Origin: an uncultured Deferribacteres bacterium
Lineage (GTDB): Bacteria > Zhuqueibacterota > Zhuqueibacteria > Zhuqueibacterales > Geothermadaptataceae
Assembly: GCA_964014485.1 (NCBI GenBank)
Contig: CAXHAT010000006.1
Span: 1-64,000 of the forward strand
Reading direction: 5' to 3'
DNA: 64,000 bases
This document shows, piece after piece, positions 37,001-45,159 of this stretch (its first letter is position 1; the number at the start of each line of letters is the position of its first letter). A program made the position numbers and the translations under genes. Under the pieces are notes generated by a model. The model made no database searches. It was not told the origin of the DNA and saw only the letters and a program-made list of their open reading frames with translations.

Positions 37001-39379
37001 CACATAGTCTGCCAGATTATTGCTCAGGGTTAATTTATCGGCATAACTTCCAGAACCGCCGTAAATAAGCACGGCGTCAAATAACATAAGCTCTGCGATA
37101 GAAGGAGTGACGAAACGTAAATCGACTGACGAAATGCTGGCAAATACTCCAGATGATACAAGTTTGTTTTCAACATCGTCTTTGAACGAAGACGTCGTCT
37201 CACAATGTAAATGGGCAATATTCAGCGAGGTTGTCGATCTTTCGGCGAAGACAATACTTGAGAGATTCGAAAGGTTCTGTGCGCCGCCTTCACCGTTACC
37301 GTGATCTTGCGATGGAGCAAAGGTCTCATTGTTCATCGGAAGCGTCGCGGCTTTATAAGACTGAATCAATGCTTCAAGCTGCATTCTTTTGGCATTATCC
37401 AGGCGCATGATTTTCGAAGCGGAGACAGATTGATCTGATATTTGCCAGACTAAATCTCTTTCTCCCAAGTTGCCAATAGTGATTGTCCCGGTTGTGCTGT
37501 CTCCCACGTCAAGTGTGAAATTAAAAGGATCGGGTGATTGGGATGCGGTGATATTTGGCGGCGTTAAAAGCGCCGTGTGTGCGTTGATTCTGCCATTCGT
37601 AACAGCTTTTCCAGCCAAGGCAGGAATCGGGTCAACCGTATCAAAAATTCGTTGGCGAATTTCAGAATAAGTCAAAGTTGAGTCGTGCGAAAGAATGAGT
37701 GCAGCAAGGCCTGCAACGTGCGGCGTCGCCATAGACGTTCCGTTCGAATATTCATACTCCGTGCCTGTATATGTGTAGGGAGGCGCAGAAAATGCAGTTA
37801 TTTTGACGTCGTCAATGTACACGCCGTCCGAATTGATTATACTGTCACTGGTTAACCGAAACCGTATATAGACCGAATTTGCCCCTCTAAAGGCCGCTAA
37901 ATCATTTTCCCAGGTAATCCAACTCCCAAAAGTCGAACCCGCCAAGGGAGACGGAAACAGATCTACCCAGTTTATTGAATCTGTAGAAGCTTCGATGTGT
38001 AAAAAGTCAAAGCCGGATTCTGTGTCTAGTTGGAGCTTAAAGCTTAACGATGCGCCGTCAAATCCTTGCAGATTGACAGGATTTTTGAGGACGAGAGAAG
38101 AATTTGTGTTAGGATTGTAATTCCCCGACGGGCTGTCCGTCCAACTATGAGAAGGACTAAAAGATCGACTAGTAACTAAACCCCATCCAGAGTCTGCGGC
38201 CCAATTCCCGCCCCCTGATTCCATATCATCGAAAAATATTGTATTGGGCGTTGAGCGAAATGTGCTGTAAGTATTAACGCCAGGTGCGCCAACGTCAACG
38301 GATGACCGTCCAAAATTTGAAAAGCCGGCTAGTTGATCGTTCTGGTCGGTTGCAGCTACGGAAATAATGTTGTCAAGATCGTAACTGGCCGGATAGTGCG
38401 GACTGTTGTCAGCGTCAAGGCCGCTGTTCCCTGCTGCGGCAACAAAGAGCACGTCATTAGCCCTTGCATTAGTGATGGCTGCCAACATGCTTGAACTGAA
38501 CTGCGAGCTGCCAAAACTGGCGTTAATAATGTCGGCTCCGTTTTGCGTCGCATAATCAATTGCTGAAACGAGCCCCGATGTTGCGCCCGAACCAAGCGTT
38601 CCCAAGCCTCTGAGCGCCATAATCTTTGCCGTCCAGGCGACGCCGGTAATTCCGACGCCATTATTCCCAACCGCGGCGGCCGTTCCGGCAACATGGGTTC
38701 CGTGACCGTGAAAATCGTAAGGATCATTGTCTGTATCGACGAAATCCCAGCCGCGTATATCATCGACAAAACCGTTGCCGTCCGAATCCGTACCGTTAAG
38801 CGTTTCGTCGGAATTGCTCCAAATATTTGCTGCCAAATCAGGATGATCCCAAGCGACGCCGGCGTCGATCACGGCAATGACAACGTCACTATCGCCTGTC
38901 GTTCTGTCCCAGGCTTCAACTGCGTCTATATCGGCGTCCGCCGTTCCAGGCGCGCCGTTGACGGCTTGTCCGGTATTATGCAGCCCCCAAAGCAATCCAA
39001 AATCGGGATCGTTCGGCGTTGTGTCCTCGGTATAAACGATGTAATCAGGCTCCGCAAATTCCACCGAAGCGTCATTCGTGAAAGTGCTGACGGCTGAAAG
39101 AACGTCCCCGGTTAGTTGAACGGCAAAAATACCGCTGCTGTGGATTTGCGTTACAGAAGCCGCCCCGTATCCCCTCGCGATATTCTGAGCGGAAGCTGCA
39201 TCTAAATTGCTGTGAAATTTGACCAACAGTCGGTTTGGCACGAACTGAGGCAAGGATTCAGCAACAGGGCCGCCCCTGCCTCTTTCTTGTTGAAACGCTC
39301 CGGCGTATTGCCATGAATAGCCGATTGCAAACAAAACGACAAAACCAATCACGAAGGAATAAAGCGTACGTAACTTCAT
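31100..39379 (-). CDS. Giant multidomain S8 (subtilisin-like) serine protease with T9SS/FlgD C-terminal domain
   Basis: VIAVIDAG (Asp), HGHGTHVAG (His), NGTSMATPHVAG (Ser); jelly-roll insert; tandem 618-aa repeat; LEQNYPNPFNP...GIYFYRM. Confidence 0.93.
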   Translation of the reverse strand: MKLRTLYSFVIGFVVLFAIGYSWQYAGAFQQERGRGGPVAESLPQFVPNRLLVKFHSNLDAASAQNIARGYGAASVTQIHSSGIFAVQLTGDVLSAVSTFTNDASVEFAEPDYIVYTEDTTPNDPDFGLLWGLHNTGQAVNGAPGTADADIDAVEAWDRTTGDSDVVIAVIDAGVAWDHPDLAANIWSNSDETLNGTDSDGNGFVDDIRGWDFVDTDNDPYDFHGHGTHVAGTAAAVGNNGVGITGVAWTAKIMALRGLGTLGSGATSGLVSAIDYATQNGADIINASFGSSQFSSSMLAAITNARANDVLFVAAAGNSGLDADNSPHYPASYDLDNIISVAATDQNDQLAGFSNFGRSSVDVGAPGVNTYSTFRSTPNTIFFDDMESGGGNWAADSGWGLVTSRSFSPSHSWTDSPSGNYNPNTNSSLVLKNPVNLQGFDGASLSFKLQLDTESGFDFLHIEASTDSINWVDLFPSPLAGSTFGSWITWENDLAAFRGANSVYIRFRLTSDSIINSDGVYIDDVKITAFSAPPYTYTGTEYEYSNGTSMATPHVAGLAALILSHDSTLTYSEIRQRIFDTVDPIPALAGKAVTNGRINAHTALLTPPNITASQSPDPFNFTLDVGDSTTGTITIGNLGERDLVWQISDQSVSASKIMRLDNAKRMQLEALIQSYKAATLPMNNETFAPSQDHGNGEGGAQNLSNLSSIVFAERSTTSLNIAHLHCETTSSFKDDVENKLVSSGVFASISSVDLRFVTPSIAELMLFDAVLIYGGSGSYADKLTLSNNLADYVDAGGGLVTGLFVTGSGSGGGGQPWILNGRFLSGGYYAIEPAGQAQGVRRFLGTVHDSGHPIMESVSIFDGGSSSYQTTGVLASGATRVADWSDGRILVATKIVNGHNRADLGFYPPSNDARFDFWNASTDGVKLLTNALSWVGGAATNDWLTFAPTSGTIPQNDSTIIDAKISAVDLIPDSTYQRTVRITSNAPDTVVTIPASLTVNPIDFYFVLLSSDQQASGYVGDTLDYFVKLKNYGQLSDSYDLAVSGNAWPAAFYDVTGAAEITNTGSVASKSEIEVLLRVAVPSGALFNQSDVGAIEITSSGNAALARTLTTTSTSFGARMQIPITETFPTDVLNDMLWTVKSGSPSINQQGENEPSPPFSLELKGGAQGDGVDSREFDLSGETKVVLRYSYQNDFTEIGDDLVVSYFNGSSWIELARHDGNAFEPSSYQRNELLLPFAAFHTRFKLRFVSEANQTGDEWFVDDIALERSPTLVVTAPDTISASLSLGDSSTQTITLGNAGGGDLTFQFSSRAVSSALQNEMQLYQLTTPHKLSADPDGGVIEHEIRTEAVSAVLQNISGVKILWDRSHGQVDFSSWTTLVNDLTSRGATVTQNFSPITPALLSNYDIIWTTDCNNTWTASEINAVRNWLTAGGGLLLEGDNDSSVLAYNSLLPSGSGIQFSTFNGFSGVTTNISPHETTSGVNSFFLTSNVFATIIVNSPAGELIADVGGAIDVAYAEIGAGRVIAMANENFINSSIGVADNQLFANQVFDWLSADGSPSWLSFEPETGVITPEDSTEVAVKIRAVDLIPDSTYYRIIDIANNDLAADPSIPAALTITPEDYYFVLLSDDQQAFGYAGDTLNFQISLKNYGQLSDSYDLTVSGNSWPAAFYDATGTTEITNTGPVASKSEVEVLMRVAVPGGALFNQTDVGVIEIASSGNTAFVRTQTASSTSFGARRQIPITEIFPTNTLNDTLWTVASGAPVINSFGQNEPSAPLSLELKGGSSGDGIESREFDLAGETKTVLRYFHQNDFTETGDDLVVSYFDGSSWVELERHDGNAFEASSYQRNEVLLPAAAYHERFKVRFVSEANNTSDRWYIDNIAFKRSPTIVVTAPDSLMANLPPGDSTMTSFTVSNTGEDTLHFDVSSSVVAENSQSLLQSYTLTLPHRSAAAFGETGSEEHKQVEPITALLQNLSGVRILWDRSHGQPGFVGWSTLVTDLQTRGALVIESFAPITASSLQQFDVLWTADCFDNWTTGQISAVQNWLNDGGGLMLEGDNSSTVSAYNKLLPSGAGLTYFSSFGGGGITTNIFPHQTTRNVESFSILFNPSATIAATTPAGQLILNTFGAPNVVYSEVGAGKIMAMAGENFSNNIIIGAENQLFANQTFDWLSGRGPAPWLSFSPTAGALAPGEAAQIEVTFNATGLVNDSTYFADIEIDNDDPTNRSPEIPTKLVTTPLCLEPSHFTFTANTGNSYALVIDKAVLDGMDLTNCDEVGVFTPAGLCVGAAVVDGNWPLGLTAWEDDQQTSEIDGFIPGEEMSFRVFDHSSGENEDFPASATYTAGDGKFGTDLFSRLSLLEAKSTVRQVIPLRQGWDWISLNVRPTQPSPDSVFKDVVNNLNILKDCAGSFWIPGVINQIQSISALESYILNMQAPDTLIVDGKEIAVDTPIFLSPGWSCPGYLPKTALATEVALASVWANLNIIKDEDGNFTIPGIINSLPTMNPGEGYQMNMGALDTLIYPTNTAAAIFAKTKRGATPTFTAHRTSQHFVAARKGGESFSIVIEAVESNQLRLEDGDEIGVFTDAGLLVGAAAWVAESAIPIAAWADDPQTEEVDGYRQGERMVFRIWRTNKGEEIEAEADFSHGENVFGEGSYAVVKLNTVEIPDSYLLEQNYPNPFNPETRITFGMPEAGRVFITVHNVLGQRVRTLVDADYESGYHQIIWNATNDHGVRVASGIYFYRMRTGKNTVLQKRMLLLK
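32846..36553 (-). repeat. Internal tandem duplication (2 x 1854 bp) within the S8 protease
   Basis: WL[TS]FxP anchors at 36553, 34699 and 32845 are equally spaced; shared KNYGQLSDSYDL, QNDFTE, RHDGNAFE, ILWDRSHGQ, LEGDN. Confidence 0.88.
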
Positions 39380-39643
39380 TTCTCCTCCTTAGTTAGAAGA
39401 ATGGAAGATTAAGAATTTTTTGATTGGATGATAAGCAGGGTTGAGGCGCTCCCGTTTCTAGCTGACAGCAAACCGTATACGGTTTCCTGACTTTTTTGAA
39501 AAAAACTCTTACAACGATTTTTGGGCGAGAGTAATGCGGGGGAAAATCAGAAGGAAAGTGCGGCTCTTAAAAAAGCCGCCGAGGGTGCTCGCGGAGTGTT
39601 TTATGGCTTGTAATACCATTTTCCATGATTTTATATACATGCA

Positions 39644-39717
39644 TGGTCTGCCATTCAGGAGGAACCTATGTCATCGCGAGCATTGGATGACATAGATTCC
39701 TCCTGAATGACAGGCCA
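39644..39717. repeat. Stand-alone palindromic core (TGTCATTC..GAATCT / AGATTC..GAATGACA family)
   Basis: TGCCATTCAGGAGGAACCTATGTCATC-loop-GATGACATAGATTCCTCCTGAATGACA. Confidence 0.8.
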
Positions 39718-39871
39718 AGTGCGGATACCAAACTATGGAAATTGGTATAAGCAATGACATAGATGAGCGGTAATGATCTAGGAATGGCGCAATGCAATGA
39801 GTCTGCTGCAACTCGACGTTCGATTCTGTGAAATGCTTAAAGCACGAACTCGGCAAGTTTGAGAGCTGCAT

Positions 39872-40615
39872 TTACGATTGTTCTTCTCGAAGAATGGCCA
39901 GCGTTGCGGCAATTGCACTGTAGGCTGGTGCGATGAACCAACCGAATAGCGGGATAAGCGCCAAAACCAAAAATCCCGTACCGACCCCGGTAACCAAACC
40001 GCGCCGTTTGCGGATGAATTCAAAGCTTTCTGGGACAGAATATCGCTTTCGCTCCATTGTAATGTCAATGAAACCAAATCCGCCGTAGTATGCCTGGATG
40101 GCAAAAAGCGCGATTGCCGAGATGACGACGCCAATAAGGGGAATGACGACAAGCAGCCACGCCAGCACTGAAAAAACGAGACTCAAAGCCAGGTTTTTTA
40201 AATTGATCTTCAGGCTGCGCGCGATGTCTTTGAACAACTGCTTGAAATCAAAATCCGGCGGCGATTGGCCAGTCACCGCCTTTTCCGTGACTTCGGAGAG
40301 ATAGCCCAAAACCGGCGAGAAAAAAATCAACACCACATGTTTGTAGGCCATGAAGCCGAGCACAAAAAGCAGGAGCCAAAGCAGCAATGTTGTAAAAAAC
40401 GACAGCACTCCGCCTAAGGCCGATTGCGGGATCCAGTTCGCTTCGGCATAGGCCGCAACGTCCGGCAAGTAGGCGACGCCGAAAAGCACGACCAGAACCG
40501 CGTAAATCAGGCTAAGAGCCCCAGGCACGAGCATATACGACCAGAGCTTGTGTTTAAAGACGACGCGATTCGCTTCGGCGTAGCACCAGAGTCCGCTTAA
40601 AAATCCTCTGATCAT
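39872..40615 (-). CDS. EI24 / CysZ domain membrane protein
   Basis: FSPVLGYLSEVTEK, YYGGFGFIDITMER; ATGA overlap with the PIG-L gene. Confidence 0.82.
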   Translation of the reverse strand: MIRGFLSGLWCYAEANRVVFKHKLWSYMLVPGALSLIYAVLVVLFGVAYLPDVAAYAEANWIPQSALGGVLSFFTTLLLWLLLFVLGFMAYKHVVLIFFSPVLGYLSEVTEKAVTGQSPPDFDFKQLFKDIARSLKINLKNLALSLVFSVLAWLLVVIPLIGVVISAIALFAIQAYYGGFGFIDITMERKRYSVPESFEFIRKRRGLVTGVGTGFLVLALIPLFGWFIAPAYSAIAATLAILREEQS

Positions 40616-43098
40616 TGTTCCATCCCCGCCGAAATCAGGTTCACGAAAAGACGAAACGCACCGGGCACGCCCGCAGGCATTTGCCGGAACCACGAGTAGC
40701 CGGTGTAAATGAAATGGCCGTTGCCGTACTTCGTGTAAAGCATGCCCCCGGCGTGCGGCGATTTACCCGTGTCCTGAGATGACAAAACCGTTTCATAGCG
40801 CTCGTCATAGTCGTTGGAAAAATACATGCCGCGCTCCTGCACCCAGTTCTCGAAATCGGCCTGGGTAATTTTGTTCGGGAAATTTAAAAAACGGTTTTCA
40901 GCATCGACAAAGGCTACGTCCGCGTCTTCTTCGGTCACGCGATCGAAAGACAGGTTCATTTTGTAGGGCCCAAGATTGTCCACAAGAAGGCCGCGATAGT
41001 GATTGTACTGGATAATCAGCGTCCCGCCTTTTTCGATAAAATCAAGCAGGTTTTGGTGAGTGAATTTCAGCCGCTCACGCGTGTTGTATGCGCGAATGCC
41101 CGTGATGATGACGTCGTAAACCGACAGGTCGCCTTTTTCCAATTCATCGTCTTCCAGGAGATTTACTTCGTAGCCGAGCTGCCGCAAATTCTGCGGCACT
41201 TCATCGCCTGCGCCCATAACGTAGCCGATTTTTTCGTCGCCCTTTTTTAGGTCCAGGCGAACCAACTTGGTCTCAGCGGGCGGGAAAAAGCTTTGGCTTG
41301 GGATGTGTTTGTAATCAAGCCGGAACAAGCTGTGCGAGATTTTTTTGCCGTCAATTTCAACAATGGCCGTCGCCACGCCTTCGGACTGCCCGGGAGGAGG
41401 CGAAACTTTTACGACGAACGTCTGCTCGCCGCCTTTTTGCTCAAAAGAAAAAGGCGCGTTCGGCGGTTCGGCGCGCCAGCCGCTAGGGAGCTCGATTCGC
41501 AACATTCCTTGAGCATTCGCTTTGCCGTTTTTCAAACGCAGCCGAAGATGTTGCGGCGAATCGTCCGCAAAAATATACACCTTGTCTTCGAAATTGACCG
41601 TTACCTCCGGGGCAACGACAAAAGGCTGGTAGCGGTCGCCGTCGATTCTATCCCGCCAACGGTAGCGCACTGGTTCTTCAAAAGTGACTTCACGCCCGCC
41701 GAACGCCACGGTATAAACGGCGGTCATAATCGGCGCATTTTCCGCCGCCCCGATGAGCTTTTGATTTTCGACCGCGAACATCGATTTGCCTTTTCTGGCG
41801 ACCATCCAGTAAGGCTGCGAATAAGCGTGATCTGAAGGAATCTTCAACAAAACTTCTTCTGAAAGCATCGCGTTTGGGGACAATGCCTTGCCAAACGTTT
41901 TTTCAAACTTAAACTCCGGAATTGCAACTTTTTTTAATACCGGCGACTTTCCCGTACGATTGAGCGCCGACAATTTCAATTTGACCGACTCGCCGGGCGT
42001 TTCCGCTTCAGAACCAGTCGTTGCTTCAAGCCACAAGCCGGCGCAGGCTCGGATGAGCGTTTTCAATTCCGTTCTTTTTTGGACGACCCAGTGATCGTCC
42101 GATGAGAGTTTTTCGAGCGCCGCTTCCGCTTCCAAAAGAGTTGGCAAGACGCTTTCCGGATTTTGATACTCAAAATCTTGCAAAGCATTTTTTAGCAGTT
42201 TTTCGACGGTTTCTCCGCCTGCTACACGCTTCCAGGAAAAATCCAGATCGTCGAACAAGTCGTCCTTTGCGGGCGCACCAGCAAGCAATTGAAAATAGTT
42301 GATCGATTCGCCTCGCCGCCTTGGCGTTCCCATCCCCTGGCACTTGTGCATGCTGCGCGCTTCCCCGGCGATTTCATTGTAAGATTTCCCGAGAACGGGG
42401 TTGAAAGCGCCAATATCCAGCTCAATCAAATCTTCAACGTTTCCGCTGCGCCTTTCCACAATTTGCGGCCAGGCGTTCCAGAAAAGGCGTTTCGGCTGCC
42501 AGGTTTTCGTGTGCTGCAATTGTTCGGGATATTCTGAAGCGTCTGCTGCGGCGTTAAACGCTTCATCGGCCAAGATCGCGGAGGCCGTGTGGTGGCCGTG
42601 CCCGCCTTCGCCTGTTGTTGGAAAACGCGCGATAATCACGTCCGGCTTGAATGTTCGGACGATCCACACGAAATCAGCGCGTACCTTGTCGCGATCCCAG
42701 GTTCGCAGCGTTTCATCCGGAGAAAGCGAGTAGCCAAAATCAATAGCGCGAGTAAAAAATTGCTCGCCGCCGTCGATGCGCCGCGCCGCCAACAATTCCT
42801 GCGTCCGTAAAATACCCATTAAATCACCTTTCTCGTCGCCGATATGATTCTGTCCCCCGTCGCCGCGCGTTGCTGAGAGAAAAGCCGTTCGCACAAGGCG
42901 GCCTTTGGCAAGGTAGGCAATTAGCGTGTTGTTCTCGTCGTCCGGGTGCGCGCCGACGTGGAGAACGCTGCCGAGCACCAACATTTTTTGCAGCATGAGA
43001 TGGATTTCGGCGGCGCTGTAAAATTGCGGCTGTTGCGCGCGACCGCTTGTGAAGCTAAAAACCAGCAGCACAAGGGTCAAAAATGCGGGGCGTTTCAT
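40612..43098 (-). CDS. Secreted PIG-L family deacetylase with NEW3 and GATase-like C-terminal domains
   Basis: AHPDDE, TRGDGGQN, RAIDFGYS, HGHH, IGYVMGAGD, FRQMPAGVPGAFRLF. Confidence 0.92.
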   Translation of the reverse strand: MKRPAFLTLVLLVFSFTSGRAQQPQFYSAAEIHLMLQKMLVLGSVLHVGAHPDDENNTLIAYLAKGRLVRTAFLSATRGDGGQNHIGDEKGDLMGILRTQELLAARRIDGGEQFFTRAIDFGYSLSPDETLRTWDRDKVRADFVWIVRTFKPDVIIARFPTTGEGGHGHHTASAILADEAFNAAADASEYPEQLQHTKTWQPKRLFWNAWPQIVERRSGNVEDLIELDIGAFNPVLGKSYNEIAGEARSMHKCQGMGTPRRRGESINYFQLLAGAPAKDDLFDDLDFSWKRVAGGETVEKLLKNALQDFEYQNPESVLPTLLEAEAALEKLSSDDHWVVQKRTELKTLIRACAGLWLEATTGSEAETPGESVKLKLSALNRTGKSPVLKKVAIPEFKFEKTFGKALSPNAMLSEEVLLKIPSDHAYSQPYWMVARKGKSMFAVENQKLIGAAENAPIMTAVYTVAFGGREVTFEEPVRYRWRDRIDGDRYQPFVVAPEVTVNFEDKVYIFADDSPQHLRLRLKNGKANAQGMLRIELPSGWRAEPPNAPFSFEQKGGEQTFVVKVSPPPGQSEGVATAIVEIDGKKISHSLFRLDYKHIPSQSFFPPAETKLVRLDLKKGDEKIGYVMGAGDEVPQNLRQLGYEVNLLEDDELEKGDLSVYDVIITGIRAYNTRERLKFTHQNLLDFIEKGGTLIIQYNHYRGLLVDNLGPYKMNLSFDRVTEEDADVAFVDAENRFLNFPNKITQADFENWVQERGMYFSNDYDERYETVLSSQDTGKSPHAGGMLYTKYGNGHFIYTGYSWFRQMPAGVPGAFRLFVNLISAGMEQ

Positions 43099-43144
43099 GT
43101 TTCGCTCTTTGTTATAGTTTTGGGTATCATTCCGGGCGTCAAGG

Positions 43145-43351
43145 CTCTCTACCTGGCACTTTTTTGTAAACTGCATTTTCGAGCCGTCGCAAGGCCCCCC
43201 GTTTTGTCATTCTGCAGGAATCTTTGTTATCGTCCAGTACAGATTATGCTCAAAAATTCAATAGTCGGATCAAAAAAGATGCTTCCAATATGACAATTCC
43301 GGCCTTTTTCGCCAGCTTTAGAAGCCTATACGAAAAGTGTCAGGTAGTGAA
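43145..43351. mobile_element. MITE family A, copy 1 (207 bp, 9-bp TSD)
   Basis: TIR CTCTCTACCTGGCACTTTT / AAAAGTGTCAGGTAGTGAA; perfect TSD GCGTCAAGG (43136-43144, 43352-43360); homologous to 52756-52963 in reverse. Confidence 0.92.
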
Positions 43352-43414
43352 GCGTCAAGGTATGCTCGAACAAAGAGTATCGCAATTTCGAACGAACAGG
43401 CGTTGAGTTGCGCC

Positions 43415-43443
43415 TTGCTTTCAGGCGTTATGGAGTGTATATT
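43415..43443 (+). promoter_or_regulatory. sigma70-type promoter
   Basis: TTGCTT-N17-TATATT upstream of the ORF at 43488. Confidence 0.5.
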
Positions 43444-43487
43444 TCGACTGGCGAGTAAATAGACTTGGAGTAAAAAGGGGTTTTCAA

Positions 43488-44033
43488 ATGACTGTTCAGG
43501 AAATGGAAAAAGGCTTTCAGGAAATTTGGGCGCTGTATAAAGAAACAGATAGAAAATTCAAGGAAACTGACGAACGGTTAAGCCGCAAAATCGCCCAAAC
43601 GCAAGACGCAGTCAATCGTTTGACGGGAAAATGGGGGTTGTTTGTTGAAGGCTTGGTGCTCCCTTCCGTCAAACGACTTTTCAACGAGAGAGGCATTTTG
43701 ATTGACAAGGTCTACCAACGCGTCAAAGTAAGAAAAGAATTTGGCGGCATGGAGATCGATATTTTGGGGATCGACCATGGTTTCGCTGCACTGGTGGAAG
43801 TCAAAAGCACGTTGACCGTAGATGACGTCAAAGAACATTTGCAACGCCTTTCAGAGTTCAAAAAGTATTTTCCCGAGTATGCGGACAAGAACGTTGTCGG
43901 GGCTGTGGCGGGCATTGTTATCGACGAGGACGCGGATCGTTACGCGTACAAACAAGGCCTGTTCGTCATCGCGCAAAACGGAGAGACAGTCGAATTTTTA
44001 AACGATGCGGGATTTGAACCAAAATTGTGGTAA
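43488..44033 (+). CDS. DUF3782-like coiled-coil / PD-(D/E)XK nuclease-fold protein
   Basis: KETDRKFKETD coiled coil; GKWGLFVE, MEIDIL, LVEVKS, GAVAG, YAYKQGLFVI. Confidence 0.82.
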   Translation: MTVQEMEKGFQEIWALYKETDRKFKETDERLSRKIAQTQDAVNRLTGKWGLFVEGLVLPSVKRLFNERGILIDKVYQRVKVRKEFGGMEIDILGIDHGFAALVEVKSTLTVDDVKEHLQRLSEFKKYFPEYADKNVVGAVAGIVIDEDADRYAYKQGLFVIAQNGETVEFLNDAGFEPKLW

Positions 44034-44054
44034 TTCAGCGCCCGTAGACTAAGC

Positions 44055-45143
44055 TTAACCGGCGTTTCCGAACAAAGGCAAAACCGAGCCTCGAATTTTT
44101 TTCTTCGCAATTTCCGCCCACTCACTTTCCGAGTCGATTTTCAAATAACGTCCCCAGAGACGATTCGCCTTCTCAAACTCCCCGCTTTTTTCTGAAACTT
44201 GTGCAAGATTGAACAAAGTCGGCGTGTGATCCGGAGCCAGCAAAAGAGCAGCCTCGTAGTTTTTGACGGCTTCTTTTATCTCTGACAACGCTTCATGTGC
44301 AACGCCCAGGTTGTATCGAACAAGATGCTGATCCGGGTGTTTTTCCAGGGCGCGCAGCAAGTATTGTTTTGCCGCAACCGGCTGGTTCTGACTGTGGTAA
44401 ATTCGGGCAAGGTTGATCGTCGCTTCTACGAAATCCGGCTGCAACGAGAGCGCTTTTTGGTAGGCGTGAATCGCTTTTTCAATTGAACCGCCGGCCCCGT
44501 CATTTTCATATCCAATGTTGTACCATTCGATCGCGTCAGGTTCAGAAGGTGCTGACTTACGAATCGGAAAGGAAACGACAGCCCCAACGGGTTGTGAGAA
44601 GGAAAGTTCGAGCTGGCAATCGTTGCGCTTGTCGCCGAGCAAAGCCTGGGCGATGTTCCGGCGTGTAAGACCTCGCCGCAGCATATCATGAATCTCGCGG
44701 AAACGGTTTAAATCAGCAAAAGCAAAGTAACTCTCCGTGTGCGTTTCCAGCAATGGTTGAACGAGATTTCGTTTTTCGAAATATTTTACGTCGCCGGGGG
44801 ACAGCGTTGGAAAGGTTTGGCAAATTCGTGAAATCGAATAGAATTTTTTGTCGAGCTCGGCGCCGCTTTCAACGTCGACCTTGTGCAAAAATTCCGATTC
44901 GGGCAAAATATCAATTTCCGCGCCGTCTGCAACCAAAGCCTCGGCGCGCTTGAGTTTTTGGCTTTTGACAATTTCTCGAGCGTAGCCTTTTTCTCCCAGG
45001 ACCAGTGTGGTTGTGCTTGCCGTTAAGCTGTCGCTCCATTCGCCGCCGCACTTTTCGATCAATTCAAAAATTTCACGACGCGAAAACACCGATAGTTTGC
45101 CTGTGACTACGACGATTTCGCCTTTTAGCGCATTGGTGTTCAT
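44055..45143 (-). CDS. BRCT - MerR-type HTH - TPR protein
   Basis: VVVTGKLSVFSR...CGGEW...TTTLVLG...ILPESEFL (BRCT); FYSISRI...YFAFADL (MerR-like); C-terminal TPRs. Confidence 0.82.
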   Translation of the reverse strand: MNTNALKGEIVVVTGKLSVFSRREIFELIEKCGGEWSDSLTASTTTLVLGEKGYAREIVKSQKLKRAEALVADGAEIDILPESEFLHKVDVESGAELDKKFYSISRICQTFPTLSPGDVKYFEKRNLVQPLLETHTESYFAFADLNRFREIHDMLRRGLTRRNIAQALLGDKRNDCQLELSFSQPVGAVVSFPIRKSAPSEPDAIEWYNIGYENDGAGGSIEKAIHAYQKALSLQPDFVEATINLARIYHSQNQPVAAKQYLLRALEKHPDQHLVRYNLGVAHEALSEIKEAVKNYEAALLLAPDHTPTLFNLAQVSEKSGEFEKANRLWGRYLKIDSESEWAEIAKKKIRGSVLPLFGNAG

Positions 45144-45159
45144 CAAAATCACTCGCGTT

